This document shows, one piece after another, positions 29,979 to 38,871 of a stretch of 54,967 nt of DNA. The notes below the pieces were generated by a model. It did no database searches. It was not told the origin of the DNA and was given only the letters and a program-made list of their open reading frames with translations. Source of the stretch: Balneolaceae bacterium (GTDB lineage Bacteria > Bacteroidota > Rhodothermia > Balneolales > Balneolaceae); contig SLGA01000214.1 of the NCBI GenBank assembly GCA_007123985.1, positions 1 to 54,967 of the forward strand. The letters run 5' to 3'. Positions within the stretch are counted from its first letter, which is position 1. Each line of letters begins with the position of its first letter. Both the position numbers and the translations under genes were made by a program.

Positions 29979-31043
29979 TCAGGTAATTACTGTTCTGTAG
30001 TAATTGAGGTCTTCAAGAATTTCGCCGGTGCCTCGCACAACTGCTGTAAGCGGATCTTCAGCGATGTGAACAGGCAGGTCGGTCGTTTCCATGATTAAAC
30101 GATCCAGATTTTTAAGTAACGCTCCGCCGCCCGTAAGCATGATTCCCCTGTCGAGAATATCGGCAGAAAGTTCAGGAGGCGTCTGTTCGAGTGACTTTGT
30201 AATAGCTTCAACAATGGTATTTACCGATTCCGAGATCGCTTCTCTTACATCTTTTGAAGTTACCTGGCGTGTTCGCGGAACACCATTGACCAGATCCCTG
30301 CCTTTGGTGATCATTTCAAGCTCTTCATCAAGTGGTGCAGCCGAGCCTATTTCACATTTAATTTTTTCGGATGTTCGCTCGCCAATTAACAGGTTGTGAT
30401 TTCTTCTGAAATAGTTTGCGATATCATCGTTTAGCTCATCACCGCCAAGCCGCACCGACTGGGCATGCACAATGCCGGATAGTGCAATAACTGCGATTTC
30501 TGTAGTACCTCCCCCAATGTCAACAATCATATTGCCAACAGGTTCGTGTACATCCAGGCCTATGCCTATGGCCGCAGCCATGGGCTCATCAACAAGGTAC
30601 ACCTCTTTGGCACCTGCATGTTCGGCACTATCGCGAACAGCACGGCGTTCCACTTCGGTAATTCCGCTCGGTACACAAACTACCATTTGTCGGGTAGTTG
30701 AGTACCATTTCATTTTTACTTTTTTGATCATATCACGGATCATTAACTCCGCAACTTCAAAATCAGCAATTACACCATCACGAAGCGGCCGAACAGTTCT
30801 GATATTACCATGTGTTTTTTCATGCATCAGACGAGCTTCATGCCCGGTAGCAACCGGTTCATTGCGGTTGTTGAGCGCAACAATAGAAGGTTCGTTAAGG
30901 ACAATTCCCTGTCCTCTGGCGTAAACGAGTGTGTTTGCAGTACCAAGATCAATGGCGATGTCAGTGTATAGAAAGTCAAATAGGCCGTTTTTTTTCTGGT
31001 TTTTTTTCGCTCTTTTTTGAGTAGTGGTGTAGGTATCTGACAT
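29979..31043 (-). CDS. mreB: Actin-like MreB
   Basis: IDLGTANT, EPS, RPLRDGVIADF, EPMAAAIG, DIGGGTTE, TGGGALL. Confidence 0.98.
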   Translation of the reverse strand: MSDTYTTTQKRAKKNQKKNGLFDFLYTDIAIDLGTANTLVYARGQGIVLNEPSIVALNNRNEPVATGHEARLMHEKTHGNIRTVRPLRDGVIADFEVAELMIRDMIKKVKMKWYSTTRQMVVCVPSGITEVERRAVRDSAEHAGAKEVYLVDEPMAAAIGIGLDVHEPVGNMIVDIGGGTTEIAVIALSGIVHAQSVRLGGDELNDDIANYFRRNHNLLIGERTSEKIKCEIGSAAPLDEELEMITKGRDLVNGVPRTRQVTSKDVREAISESVNTIVEAITKSLEQTPPELSADILDRGIMLTGGGALLKNLDRLIMETTDLPVHIAEDPLTAVVRGTGEILEDLNYYRTVIT

Positions 31044-31082
31044 TAGGTAGATTGCTTTTAAGATTTTTCAAACAGGCAGAGT

Positions 31083-31090
31083 CAAAAATA
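31083..31090 (-). promoter_or_regulatory. TAnnTTTG-type (-7) promoter core of the mreB operon
   Basis: TATTTTTG on the minus strand about 40 nt upstream of the mreB ATG. Confidence 0.45.
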
Positions 31091-31142
31091 CAGGAATAAC
31101 TGCCTATTTGCGAACATTTTGTTAACTGTTTCAGTAAGAAAA

Positions 31143-32717
31143 TTAATGCTTAAAATGGCGTATTCCGGTGAATACCATTGCCATATCATATTTGTTTGCA
31201 GCTTCTATTACTTCTTTGTCGCGAACACTGCCACCTGGCTGTATTACTGCAGTAGCACCTGATTGCGCTGCCGCAATAACACCATCAGCAAATGGGAAAA
31301 AAGCATCTGAAGCAATCACGCTTCCTTTTAAAGAAAGTTCTGCATTCATGGCTTTTCGAACTGCTATAACCGAGCTCTCAACCCGGCTTGTCTGGCCTGT
31401 ACCAATACCACATGTAGCCCTGTCTTTTCCATAAACAATTCCATTAGATTTTACATGTTTCACGATTTTCCAAGAAAATAACAGATCAGCAATCTCTTCA
31501 TCACTTGGCTGCCGTTGTGTTACTACTTTCAGATCGTCTGAAGTAATGGTTGCAAAATCCTCTTCCTGATACAGTGCTCCGCCAATTATTGAACGAATTT
31601 TAAAAGATTGTCTGTTCTCGGGCAATTTTAACACTTTTATCAGACGTCGGTTTTTCTTTTCCATAAGAAACTCTGCAACACCACTTTCAAAGTCAGGTGC
31701 GAGGATGATTTCCGTAAAAATAGAATCAATGGATTTGGCCGTTTCAATATCGAGTGATTTGTTCACGATTACTATACCTCCGAACGGAGAGACCGTATCC
31801 GTTTTAAAAGCCCGCTGATAAGCTTCATTCAGCGATCCCCCCGTTGCAACGCCACAAGGTACTGTATGTTTGAAAATGGCAACAGTTGGGTCGCTATCCT
31901 TAAAATCAGTGATAAGGTGAAGCGCACTGTCGATATCCAGGTAATTGTTATAGCTTAATTCTTTACCATGAAAGCAGTCTATAAAATCGGTCTGCTTACC
32001 ATAAACACCGGCACGCTGATGCGGATTTTCACCATATCGGAGGTTGCCCGATTTTGGCATACTGACATTTAGCTGGTCAGGAAGTTCAATTTCATCTAGT
32101 TTTGAAAAATAATCACTGATCGCAATATCATAATCTGCAGTGTGTGCAAAAGCTTCTCTTGCCAGTTTTCTTCTTGTACTAAATGAGACGGACTTGGATC
32201 TGTTCAACTCATCAGTAAAATCATTGTACTGTTGCGGACTGGTTAGAGCACAAACATGAGCAAAGTTTTTTGCTGCTGCACGAATCATTGTGGGCCCTCC
32301 AATGTCAATGTTTTCCGTTGCCACTGCAGGGGTGCAATCTGGTTTTCTAACGGTCTCTTTGAATGGATATAAATTCACAACTACCAGCTCAATTGGAGAA
32401 ATTTCAAGTTTTTCAATCTCATCCATATCAGGCTGATGGCTGGATCGGGCAAGAATACCGCCATGAACTTTCGGGTGTAATGTTTTTACGCGGCCGTCAA
32501 GGCACTCAGGAAATCCGGTAATATCATTTACATCTTTAACGGGAACTCCGGCTTTGCGCAATGCTGCCGCGGTTCCTCCCGTACTGATGATTTCGATTCC
32601 ATTCTCATGAAGCGTTTTTGCAAGCTTCTCAATACCTGTTTTATCAGCTACGGATAGAAGTGCGCGTTTAATAGTTAATGGAGTTTCAGGCAGTGCAGAT
32701 AATGGTTGTAGTGCCAC
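31143..32717 (-). CDS. purH: AICAR transformylase/IMP cyclohydrolase
   Basis: RALLSVADK, STGGT, GRVKTLHP, NIDIGGPTMIRAAAKN, LRYGENPHQ, SDAFFPF, RHFKH. Confidence 0.98.
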   Translation of the reverse strand: MALQPLSALPETPLTIKRALLSVADKTGIEKLAKTLHENGIEIISTGGTAAALRKAGVPVKDVNDITGFPECLDGRVKTLHPKVHGGILARSSHQPDMDEIEKLEISPIELVVVNLYPFKETVRKPDCTPAVATENIDIGGPTMIRAAAKNFAHVCALTSPQQYNDFTDELNRSKSVSFSTRRKLAREAFAHTADYDIAISDYFSKLDEIELPDQLNVSMPKSGNLRYGENPHQRAGVYGKQTDFIDCFHGKELSYNNYLDIDSALHLITDFKDSDPTVAIFKHTVPCGVATGGSLNEAYQRAFKTDTVSPFGGIVIVNKSLDIETAKSIDSIFTEIILAPDFESGVAEFLMEKKNRRLIKVLKLPENRQSFKIRSIIGGALYQEEDFATITSDDLKVVTQRQPSDEEIADLLFSWKIVKHVKSNGIVYGKDRATCGIGTGQTSRVESSVIAVRKAMNAELSLKGSVIASDAFFPFADGVIAAAQSGATAVIQPGGSVRDKEVIEAANKYDMAMVFTGIRHFKH

Positions 32718-32728
32718 GATTTTCAGTT

Positions 32729-33301
32729 TTATTTATTTAAAATTTGTTTGATGACTTCAGGCAGTAATTTATGTTCCTCAGAAAGTACCCGTTGTGCAAG
32801 AGTTTCAACTGTATCTTCGGGTAACACCTTAACCTGTGTCTGTTTTATGATTTTTCCTTCATCGTACTTTTCGTTCACAAAGTGCACGGTGCATCCGGAA
32901 ACGCCGTCGCCCGATTCTAAAACCGCACGATGTACATGGCTGCCAAAGAAGCCTTTTCCGCCATATTTGGGAAGAAGAGAAGGGTGAATATTTATGATTT
33001 TTTGAGGATATAAACGGGTGATATGATCCGGGATTTTTTTCAAAAAACCTGCAAGTACTATTAAATCCGGTTCCCATTTGGTCAGATACTTGATAAGTTT
33101 GTCATCAGCATCCTGTGAGCCAAAATCAGGTATAATCGTTGTTTCGATATTGTGATTTTTTGCACGCTCAATTGCCCCTGCACGATCATTATCTGTGATG
33201 AGTCCGGATATAACGGCGTCTATTTCGTTGTTTTTAACTGCATCAATCACAGACTGAAAATTACTGCCTGATCCCGATGCAAAAAACACAAGTTTATTCA
33301 C
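32729..33301 (-). CDS. purN: Phosphoribosylglycinamide formyltransferase
   Basis: ASGSGSNFQ, LAGF, INIHPSLLP, GCTVHFV..YDEG, EH. Confidence 0.97.
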   Translation of the reverse strand: MNKLVFFASGSGSNFQSVIDAVKNNEIDAVISGLITDNDRAGAIERAKNHNIETTIIPDFGSQDADDKLIKYLTKWEPDLIVLAGFLKKIPDHITRLYPQKIINIHPSLLPKYGGKGFFGSHVHRAVLESGDGVSGCTVHFVNEKYDEGKIIKQTQVKVLPEDTVETLAQRVLSEEHKLLPEVIKQILNK

Positions 33302-33414
33302 ACTTTAGATTGCTTAAGGGGGATTTTTCTTTGCGCGAAAGATAAAGAAAAAGGAAGGTAAAAATTGACAGAATTGAGTTTTATTCAGAAAAAAGCACAA
33401 CTATAAATTCAAGG

Positions 33415-34533
33415 CTAATCCAGCCGGGTGTACGGCTCTGAATTTCTGTTTGTCAATTTAGTTGTGCTGTTGTCGGCTCTGAATACATGATAATTGCTGA
33501 AACTCCAAGTAACCTGGTTGATCGTTATTTTTATGATTGTTGCGATAGGAATAGCTACAAGCATACCCAAAATGCCAGCAGTTTGTGCACCTATCATGAT
33601 GATGAAGAGTATAGCAACAGGATGGATGTCAGCTGATTTTGAGAAGATTAGAGGTTGAAGCACCACATTATCGAGTATCTGTGCCACCATTACGGCAAGA
33701 ATACTTGGAATTACGAGTGAAAAATCTCCTGTTTCAATAATTGATACAACAATAGATAACAGATAACCGATAATGGGGCCGAAGTAGGGAATTGTGTTTG
33801 CTATTCCAATAGTAATGCCTACCGTACCGGCATTATTTAAACCTGCAACGGAGAGTGCCAGCCATGAGACAATTCCTACAATTGTACATTGTAACAACAC
33901 ACTTCTAAAATAACGGCCGAGGCGTGTTTCAATTTTATCAACCAGGCTTAGGGTGGTTTCAAAATATTTATTTGGGACCAGCTGAAGAATGTCCCGTCGG
34001 ATTTTATGGCCATCCTTGAGGAAGAAAAATGTAGCAAACGGAATAACTAAAAATGCAGCAAACAGATTTGTAAAAATTCCGATAAGATCACCAACTATAT
34101 CAGAAACCCGGCCAAAATCGAAGAGATCTTCAACAAAAACCGCAACATTATCCGTAAGGTATCCGGGTGGAATAAAGTCAAAATTCGATCTCAAATGAAT
34201 TTCGATCTGATTGGCAATCATGATGAGATTTTCGGCATGAAGCTGTCTCGTTAAAACAGCCATCCGGTTTGCAACAATTGGAATTACGCTTGTTGACACC
34301 CAAATAATAAGAAGAAGTACTGTTGTTAGTGTGATAGTAATGCCAAACGTTCGCTCAATTCCGGCTGCCTGCATTCTGTTTACAATCGGATCGAGCAGAT
34401 AGCTGAACAAAAGCGCAATTAATGCGTAAATTGCAAGGTTGAAATAGTTGTAAACAACCATAAAAACCACTGCAATAACCGCTAAAAAGAGAGCGGTCTT
34501 TACAATCTTTTCTAATGTTAGATTTTTAAGCAT
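33415..34533 (-). CDS. AI-2E family transporter
   Basis: YLLDPIV, FFFLKDG, NTIPYFGP, QILDNVVLQP, IHPVA, GILGMLVAIP. Confidence 0.92.
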   Translation of the reverse strand: MLKNLTLEKIVKTALFLAVIAVVFMVVYNYFNLAIYALIALLFSYLLDPIVNRMQAAGIERTFGITITLTTVLLLIIWVSTSVIPIVANRMAVLTRQLHAENLIMIANQIEIHLRSNFDFIPPGYLTDNVAVFVEDLFDFGRVSDIVGDLIGIFTNLFAAFLVIPFATFFFLKDGHKIRRDILQLVPNKYFETTLSLVDKIETRLGRYFRSVLLQCTIVGIVSWLALSVAGLNNAGTVGITIGIANTIPYFGPIIGYLLSIVVSIIETGDFSLVIPSILAVMVAQILDNVVLQPLIFSKSADIHPVAILFIIMIGAQTAGILGMLVAIPIATIIKITINQVTWSFSNYHVFRADNSTTKLTNRNSEPYTRLD

Positions 34534-35227
34534 TTAATGCGTCTGTTATCAGCGGGAGCGCCTTTCTTATATCTGTATTTGAAAAGCCTCTGCCTGCGAG
34601 ATAGTTGTAGATTTTTTGTTTGCGCTTAACAGGGTCTTCTTCCCTGAGAAAACGTTGCTTCTTCTTTAACGCCAAATCTACACAAATCTGCTCTTGCTGC
34701 AAATTTTCAGTCGCTTTTTTGAGAGCTTTATCAATAATGTTTTTATGAACTCTTTTTTTGAAAAGTGCCGCTCTGATTTTTTGAGGTCCCCATCTGTTCA
34801 ATTCAATTTTCTCACGTGCAAATGAAAGAGCGAACGATTCATCATTGATATACCCACGGTCTGAAAGTTCATCGATTACATTGTTGATGGCACTCTCATC
34901 AAATCCTTTTTTTCGCAGTTTCTGCTTTAGTTCCGTGGAAGCGTGATCTCTTCTTGCAAGATAGCGGAGTGCATTCTCTTTAACGGCATGTACATTTTCT
35001 GTAGCAGAGAGTTCATCAAACAAAGAAGGCGTCAGTTCGACGCCTTTTTGTATGGAATAATCTGTTAATGTTTTTGCGTTTACACCAATCAGAAATTCAC
35101 CATTGTGAAACAGAGAAAAACGTTCACGGTTTTTTTTCTGAACGGAGATCTCTGTTATAGTGAGTGGTAATTTATCTCTGATGAATGTTACGTTGCCATC
35201 CATTGATGCACCTTGGCTGTTATTCAT
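34526..35227 (-). CDS. recX: Regulatory protein RecX
   Basis: [38 protein letters not shown]; immediately downstream of recA. Confidence 0.92.
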   Translation of the reverse strand: MNNSQGASMDGNVTFIRDKLPLTITEISVQKKNRERFSLFHNGEFLIGVNAKTLTDYSIQKGVELTPSLFDELSATENVHAVKENALRYLARRDHASTELKQKLRKKGFDESAINNVIDELSDRGYINDESFALSFAREKIELNRWGPQKIRAALFKKRVHKNIIDKALKKATENLQQEQICVDLALKKKQRFLREEDPVKRKQKIYNYLAGRGFSNTDIRKALPLITDALNA

Positions 35228-36269
35228 CGGCTTCTACAGGTTTTTCCTCCGCCTTTTTTTCTACAGCTACTTCGGTAGGCATTAGTTTTTCACGTACTGT
35301 TACTTCAATTCTACTGCACAGTTCTGAATCTTCCTCGAGGAACTGGATGGCAGCATCAGTTCCCTGCCCGATGGGATCACCGTCATAACGGTACCAACTT
35401 CCGCGTTTTTCAATGATATCGTACTCTACGGCGAGATCCAGTATCTCAGAAACCCGGGAAATGCCTTTTCCATATAGTATGTTGAACTCCACAACTTTGA
35501 AAGGTGGGGCCACTTTGTTTTTGGCAATTTTAACTTTGGTGCGATTTCCCAGTACCTCGTCACCTTTTTTAATGGCTCCAATTCTGCGAATATCAATTCG
35601 AACGGAGGAGTAGAATTTCAGAGCGCGCCCACCGGTTGTAGTTTCAGGATTTCCGAACATCACACCAATTTTCTCTCTCACCTGGTTGATGAAAACACAA
35701 GCAGTGCGTGTTTTACTTACAACACCGGTAATCTTTCGCAGTGCCTGAGACATCAGCCTCGCCTGCAGACCCATGTGAGAATCTCCCATTTCACCTTCAA
35801 GTTCTGCCCGCGGTACAAGTGCTGCCACCGAATCAATCACAATTACATCCAATGCTCCGGAACGTATCAGTGTCTCGGTAATTTCGAGAGCCTGCTCACC
35901 GCTATCCGGCTGTGAGACAAGTAATTCATCTGTATTGATTCCCAATGCTCGCGCATATTTAGGATCAAAAGCGTGTTCTGCATCAATAAAAGCTGCATAA
36001 CCGCCGGCTTTTTGTGCTTGTGCTATTACTTGAAGTGCGAGAGTTGTTTTACCACTTGCTTCAGGTCCGTAAATTTCAGTAATTCGGCCTCGTGGTATGC
36101 CATTCACTCCCAGTGCATAATCCACCATAATAGATCCGGTTGAAATGGTGGGTACTTCGTTGGGATTGTGATCACCCAGGCGCATAACAGTACCTTTGCC
36201 GTGCTGTTTTTCAATTTGCCCGATTGCTATATCGATCGCTTTGTTTCTGTCTTCTTTTGAAGCTGCCAT
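35220..36269 (-). CDS. recA: Recombinase RecA
   Basis: [49 protein letters not shown]. Confidence 0.99.
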   Translation of the reverse strand: MAASKEDRNKAIDIAIGQIEKQHGKGTVMRLGDHNPNEVPTISTGSIMVDYALGVNGIPRGRITEIYGPEASGKTTLALQVIAQAQKAGGYAAFIDAEHAFDPKYARALGINTDELLVSQPDSGEQALEITETLIRSGALDVIVIDSVAALVPRAELEGEMGDSHMGLQARLMSQALRKITGVVSKTRTACVFINQVREKIGVMFGNPETTTGGRALKFYSSVRIDIRRIGAIKKGDEVLGNRTKVKIAKNKVAPPFKVVEFNILYGKGISRVSEILDLAVEYDIIEKRGSWYRYDGDPIGQGTDAAIQFLEEDSELCSRIEVTVREKLMPTEVAVEKKAEEKPVEADE

Positions 36270-36373
36270 AATTTCTTTCTGTTTTATGTTTGTTTATTGA
36301 ATATAAAAACCGGGAGTGTCAACTGTCTGTCACCGGGCCCGAATTTTTTTACTGCAACCGTTCACGCTTTGAA

Positions 36374-36392
36374 TATATGTACAGTATATGTA
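36374..36392 (-). promoter_or_regulatory. Direct-repeat operator upstream of recA (candidate LexA box)
   Basis: Perfect TACATATA-CTG-TACATATA on the minus strand, about 105 nt upstream of the recA ATG. Confidence 0.55.
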
Positions 36393-36427
36393 TGAACCAA
36401 ATTTCGATAATTCCTTACACTTTTTTT

Positions 36428-37612
36428 CTAAAGTGTTTTAAGAATATCAAAAAGAGCCCTAATTACTTGCTCACACTGTTGAGACGTGGTGTACGGTGCA
36501 GGCCCAATTCGAATAATCTGATCTCGTGCATCGGTAAAGATCTCTTTTTCAAGAAGTGCTTCCCGCAGGGCTCTTGCATGGGGTGAACGTAGCGCAAGAA
36601 ACCCGCCCGATTCTTCAATAGATCTTGTATTAGCATGCTCAATTTCTGACCCCTCAAAATTATGCTCATCAAAAAGTGACCGCAGATAAGAGAGTTGAGC
36701 GGAGTATTGATTTCTCAAAACTTGTGGAGTTAATCCCTGTTCATTAAAAAAATCTGTAACTGCGGCAGCTCTGAATTGTGAAATAGGATCATACGTTGCA
36801 GTAGCAAATTTTTGGTCACCGTTATCAAATTGTACCGGACCGTCGGTACGGGGATGATCGAGTTGCTCAAACGCAGAAAACCAGCCTGTAATTACAGGCT
36901 TTAGCTTGCAGTTTGCAGGATATCTTAAAAAGCAATTTGCTTCACCCCACTGAAGATATTTGTAGCCTCCTATTAGCAGATACACATGCTCCAGTTTTTC
37001 ATTTGTGAAAGATAAAGGAACTACATTGGTGCCGTGGTAGTCGTCAATCATTAAAGGAATGCCGGCATTTTTTGTGAGCTGAGCAATATCCGTAAGGCGA
37101 CTGTTTATTTCGGAAGTCTCAAAATAGATGCGTGAAAGCATTACAGCTGAGGTTTTACCGTCGAGTTCATTTTTGATGGATTCAAAAAGAGCATCATCAT
37201 TTTCGTGGGGCAGATAAACAACGTCAATACCTGCTGTTTCTAAACTCTTCAACTGCCTGTGCATGGAATGAAACTCACCGGTTGTGGTGATAATTTTGGG
37301 CTTATTCGTTAGGTCGAGAGCTGAAAGCCAAGAAACTATCAGAACATGTGTGTTTTGCTCACGACAGTATTTTCCGGAAGGATCATCATAAAAATTGCGG
37401 AGATACTTCCGCATGATCTCCGTTTTTTCAAAACCAAATCCCCATTTTTTATCAACCTGATTAGCTGCTACAGCCATGTAGTTTTCTACTCCAACGAACG
37501 CTGCATCGGGCCAGGCCTGGTGAGAGTGGCCCGTAAAGAGTAAACGGTTAGCAACGTTAAAACGGCTGTAATGTGGCTGAAGGGTGTGGGCTAATTTGTC
37601 GAATTCCTGCAT
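36428..37612 (-). CDS. Kynureninase-like PLP-dependent enzyme (aminotransferase class V)
   Basis: GHSHQ, EFHS, IDDYH (PLP Asp/His), GGYKYLQWG (PLP Lys), PVITGWF, TDAR..IRIGPAPY. Confidence 0.75.
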   Translation of the reverse strand: MQEFDKLAHTLQPHYSRFNVANRLLFTGHSHQAWPDAAFVGVENYMAVAANQVDKKWGFGFEKTEIMRKYLRNFYDDPSGKYCREQNTHVLIVSWLSALDLTNKPKIITTTGEFHSMHRQLKSLETAGIDVVYLPHENDDALFESIKNELDGKTSAVMLSRIYFETSEINSRLTDIAQLTKNAGIPLMIDDYHGTNVVPLSFTNEKLEHVYLLIGGYKYLQWGEANCFLRYPANCKLKPVITGWFSAFEQLDHPRTDGPVQFDNGDQKFATATYDPISQFRAAAVTDFFNEQGLTPQVLRNQYSAQLSYLRSLFDEHNFEGSEIEHANTRSIEESGGFLALRSPHARALREALLEKEIFTDARDQIIRIGPAPYTTSQQCEQVIRALFDILKTL

Positions 37613-37683
37613 GCAGTTTTGGATGATTTTTTTAGGTAATGGTTTATAGGATTAATAAACGAGAAGAAATAAGAGGTTCTAAA

Positions 37684-38484
37684 TCAAGAAAAGTCTCCAT
37701 CTTTAAATCGTTCAATGAGCCGCTTTTCGTTTACTCTTTTAAACGATAAAAGCTTCTCAGCATTTTTTGAAGCAAGCGTCATTTCACGCTTTCCTAAAGC
37801 TCCTTTGGCCCTCGCAACGTTCCATCCCGCAACAGCCATTGCAGCCCGGGCAGAGGTAGCAGCACAGTAGGTTGCCAATATTATTTCAGAACTGCTTACA
37901 GATATCAATTTTTCGAAAACATTTGGTGTCCAGAGTTCGGGATTTACATCGGGCGAAAACGGATCATGGAAAATATAACTGGAGAAATTATTTGGTAACT
38001 CAGCTGATATTGAAAAGCCCGGATACTCATCAAATAAACCGTAAAACAGTTCGAGCTGCAGAAATGGCGTAATTTCAAATCGATTGTTACCCGGCTTGAT
38101 ACGACCAAAAATATCTGCTAACAGTGATGTTTGCCTGTTTAAAAACGGTTCATCACCGAAACTAAGTTTACGGGCTGTTTCGGGACTGATTGGATACGCC
38201 TCAATACTTTTAAATGTAACAGGAGTTTCAGACCCTAATTTTTGCAGATAATCTATGCAGAGTAAAAAGTTGAGGCCGGTGCCGAAACCCGTTTCAAAAA
38301 TGGTGAGCGGTGTTTTAGTTGCTAACGATTTAGTCAGACCGGTGGTTTCAAAAAAAACATACCGGCTCTCAGTAACTGCTCCGTTTGGATTGTGGTAATG
38401 CTGATCGAATTGTGCCGAAAACAGAGTGGTGGAGCCATCTTTAGTCTCTTTGATAATCGGCTCATCCTTATCATTCATAATCAT
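37684..38484 (-). CDS. mnmD: Standalone tRNA mnm5s2U34 methyltransferase (MnmC N-terminal domain)
   Basis: TKDGSTTLFS..FDQHYH, ESRYVF, ETGFGTGLN, HDPFSPDVNPELW, TYCA, GKREM. Confidence 0.85.
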   Translation of the reverse strand: MIMNDKDEPIIKETKDGSTTLFSAQFDQHYHNPNGAVTESRYVFFETTGLTKSLATKTPLTIFETGFGTGLNFLLCIDYLQKLGSETPVTFKSIEAYPISPETARKLSFGDEPFLNRQTSLLADIFGRIKPGNNRFEITPFLQLELFYGLFDEYPGFSISAELPNNFSSYIFHDPFSPDVNPELWTPNVFEKLISVSSSEIILATYCAATSARAAMAVAGWNVARAKGALGKREMTLASKNAEKLLSFKRVNEKRLIERFKDGDFS

Positions 38485-38488
38485 TTAA

Positions 38489-38791
38489 CTAATCAACACG
38501 CACAGGCGATGCTGCATGTTCGCCAACTACTGTCATCCAGGGGCGTATCTCCCATTTTTTTACAAGACCGTTTTTTACGTATGGGTCATTCTCTACAAAC
38601 TCTTCAGCTGCTTTTGGCGATTCACCCGAAAAAAGTAAATAAGCTTTATCGGCAGGCTCTTGCAATGCTCCGCCTAAAAGCAGATCGCCGTTTTTGCTTG
38701 CGTGCCAGGCAAGCTGTAGGTGTTCCGTCCGGAATTCGGCCCGGCGATCGAGGTAATCATTTGAGAGTTCATAAATAAGCAGATAGTGCAT
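38489..38791 (-). CDS. YciI-like protein
   Basis: RAEFRTEHL, LLLGGAL, FVENDPYVKNGLV..WEIRPW. Confidence 0.88.
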   Translation of the reverse strand: MHYLLIYELSNDYLDRRAEFRTEHLQLAWHASKNGDLLLGGALQEPADKAYLLFSGESPKAAEEFVENDPYVKNGLVKKWEIRPWMTVVGEHAASPVRVD

Positions 38792-38823
38792 GGAACATTG
38801 GCTTTATTGAGTGTTTATAACTT

Positions 38824-38831
38824 CAAATATA
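38824..38831 (-). promoter_or_regulatory. TAnnTTTG-type (-7) promoter core
   Basis: TATATTTG on the minus strand 33 nt upstream of the YciI-like start. Confidence 0.45.
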
Positions 38832-38871
38832 ACCAAAGTTTCAGAGATGACAGACTGGAAAGCTCCAATAT

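Noticed and set aside
30091-30924. Antisense ORFs over mreB, and similar shadow ORFs over pyrG, recA, dctM, uxaE and the amidohydrolase
   Set aside because: Fully overlap well-conserved genes on the opposite strand or frame and have no recognisable motifs.
33302-33414. Possible ZTP (pfl) or purine riboswitch upstream of purN-purH
   Set aside because: Short, AT-rich spacer with a promoter-like core close to the start; no GC-rich stems or pseudoknot elements of those riboswitches.
36290-36586. 98-aa + strand ORF between recA and the kynureninase-like gene
   Set aside because: Runs antisense through the recA promoter and the 3' end of the kynureninase-like gene; no protein-like features.
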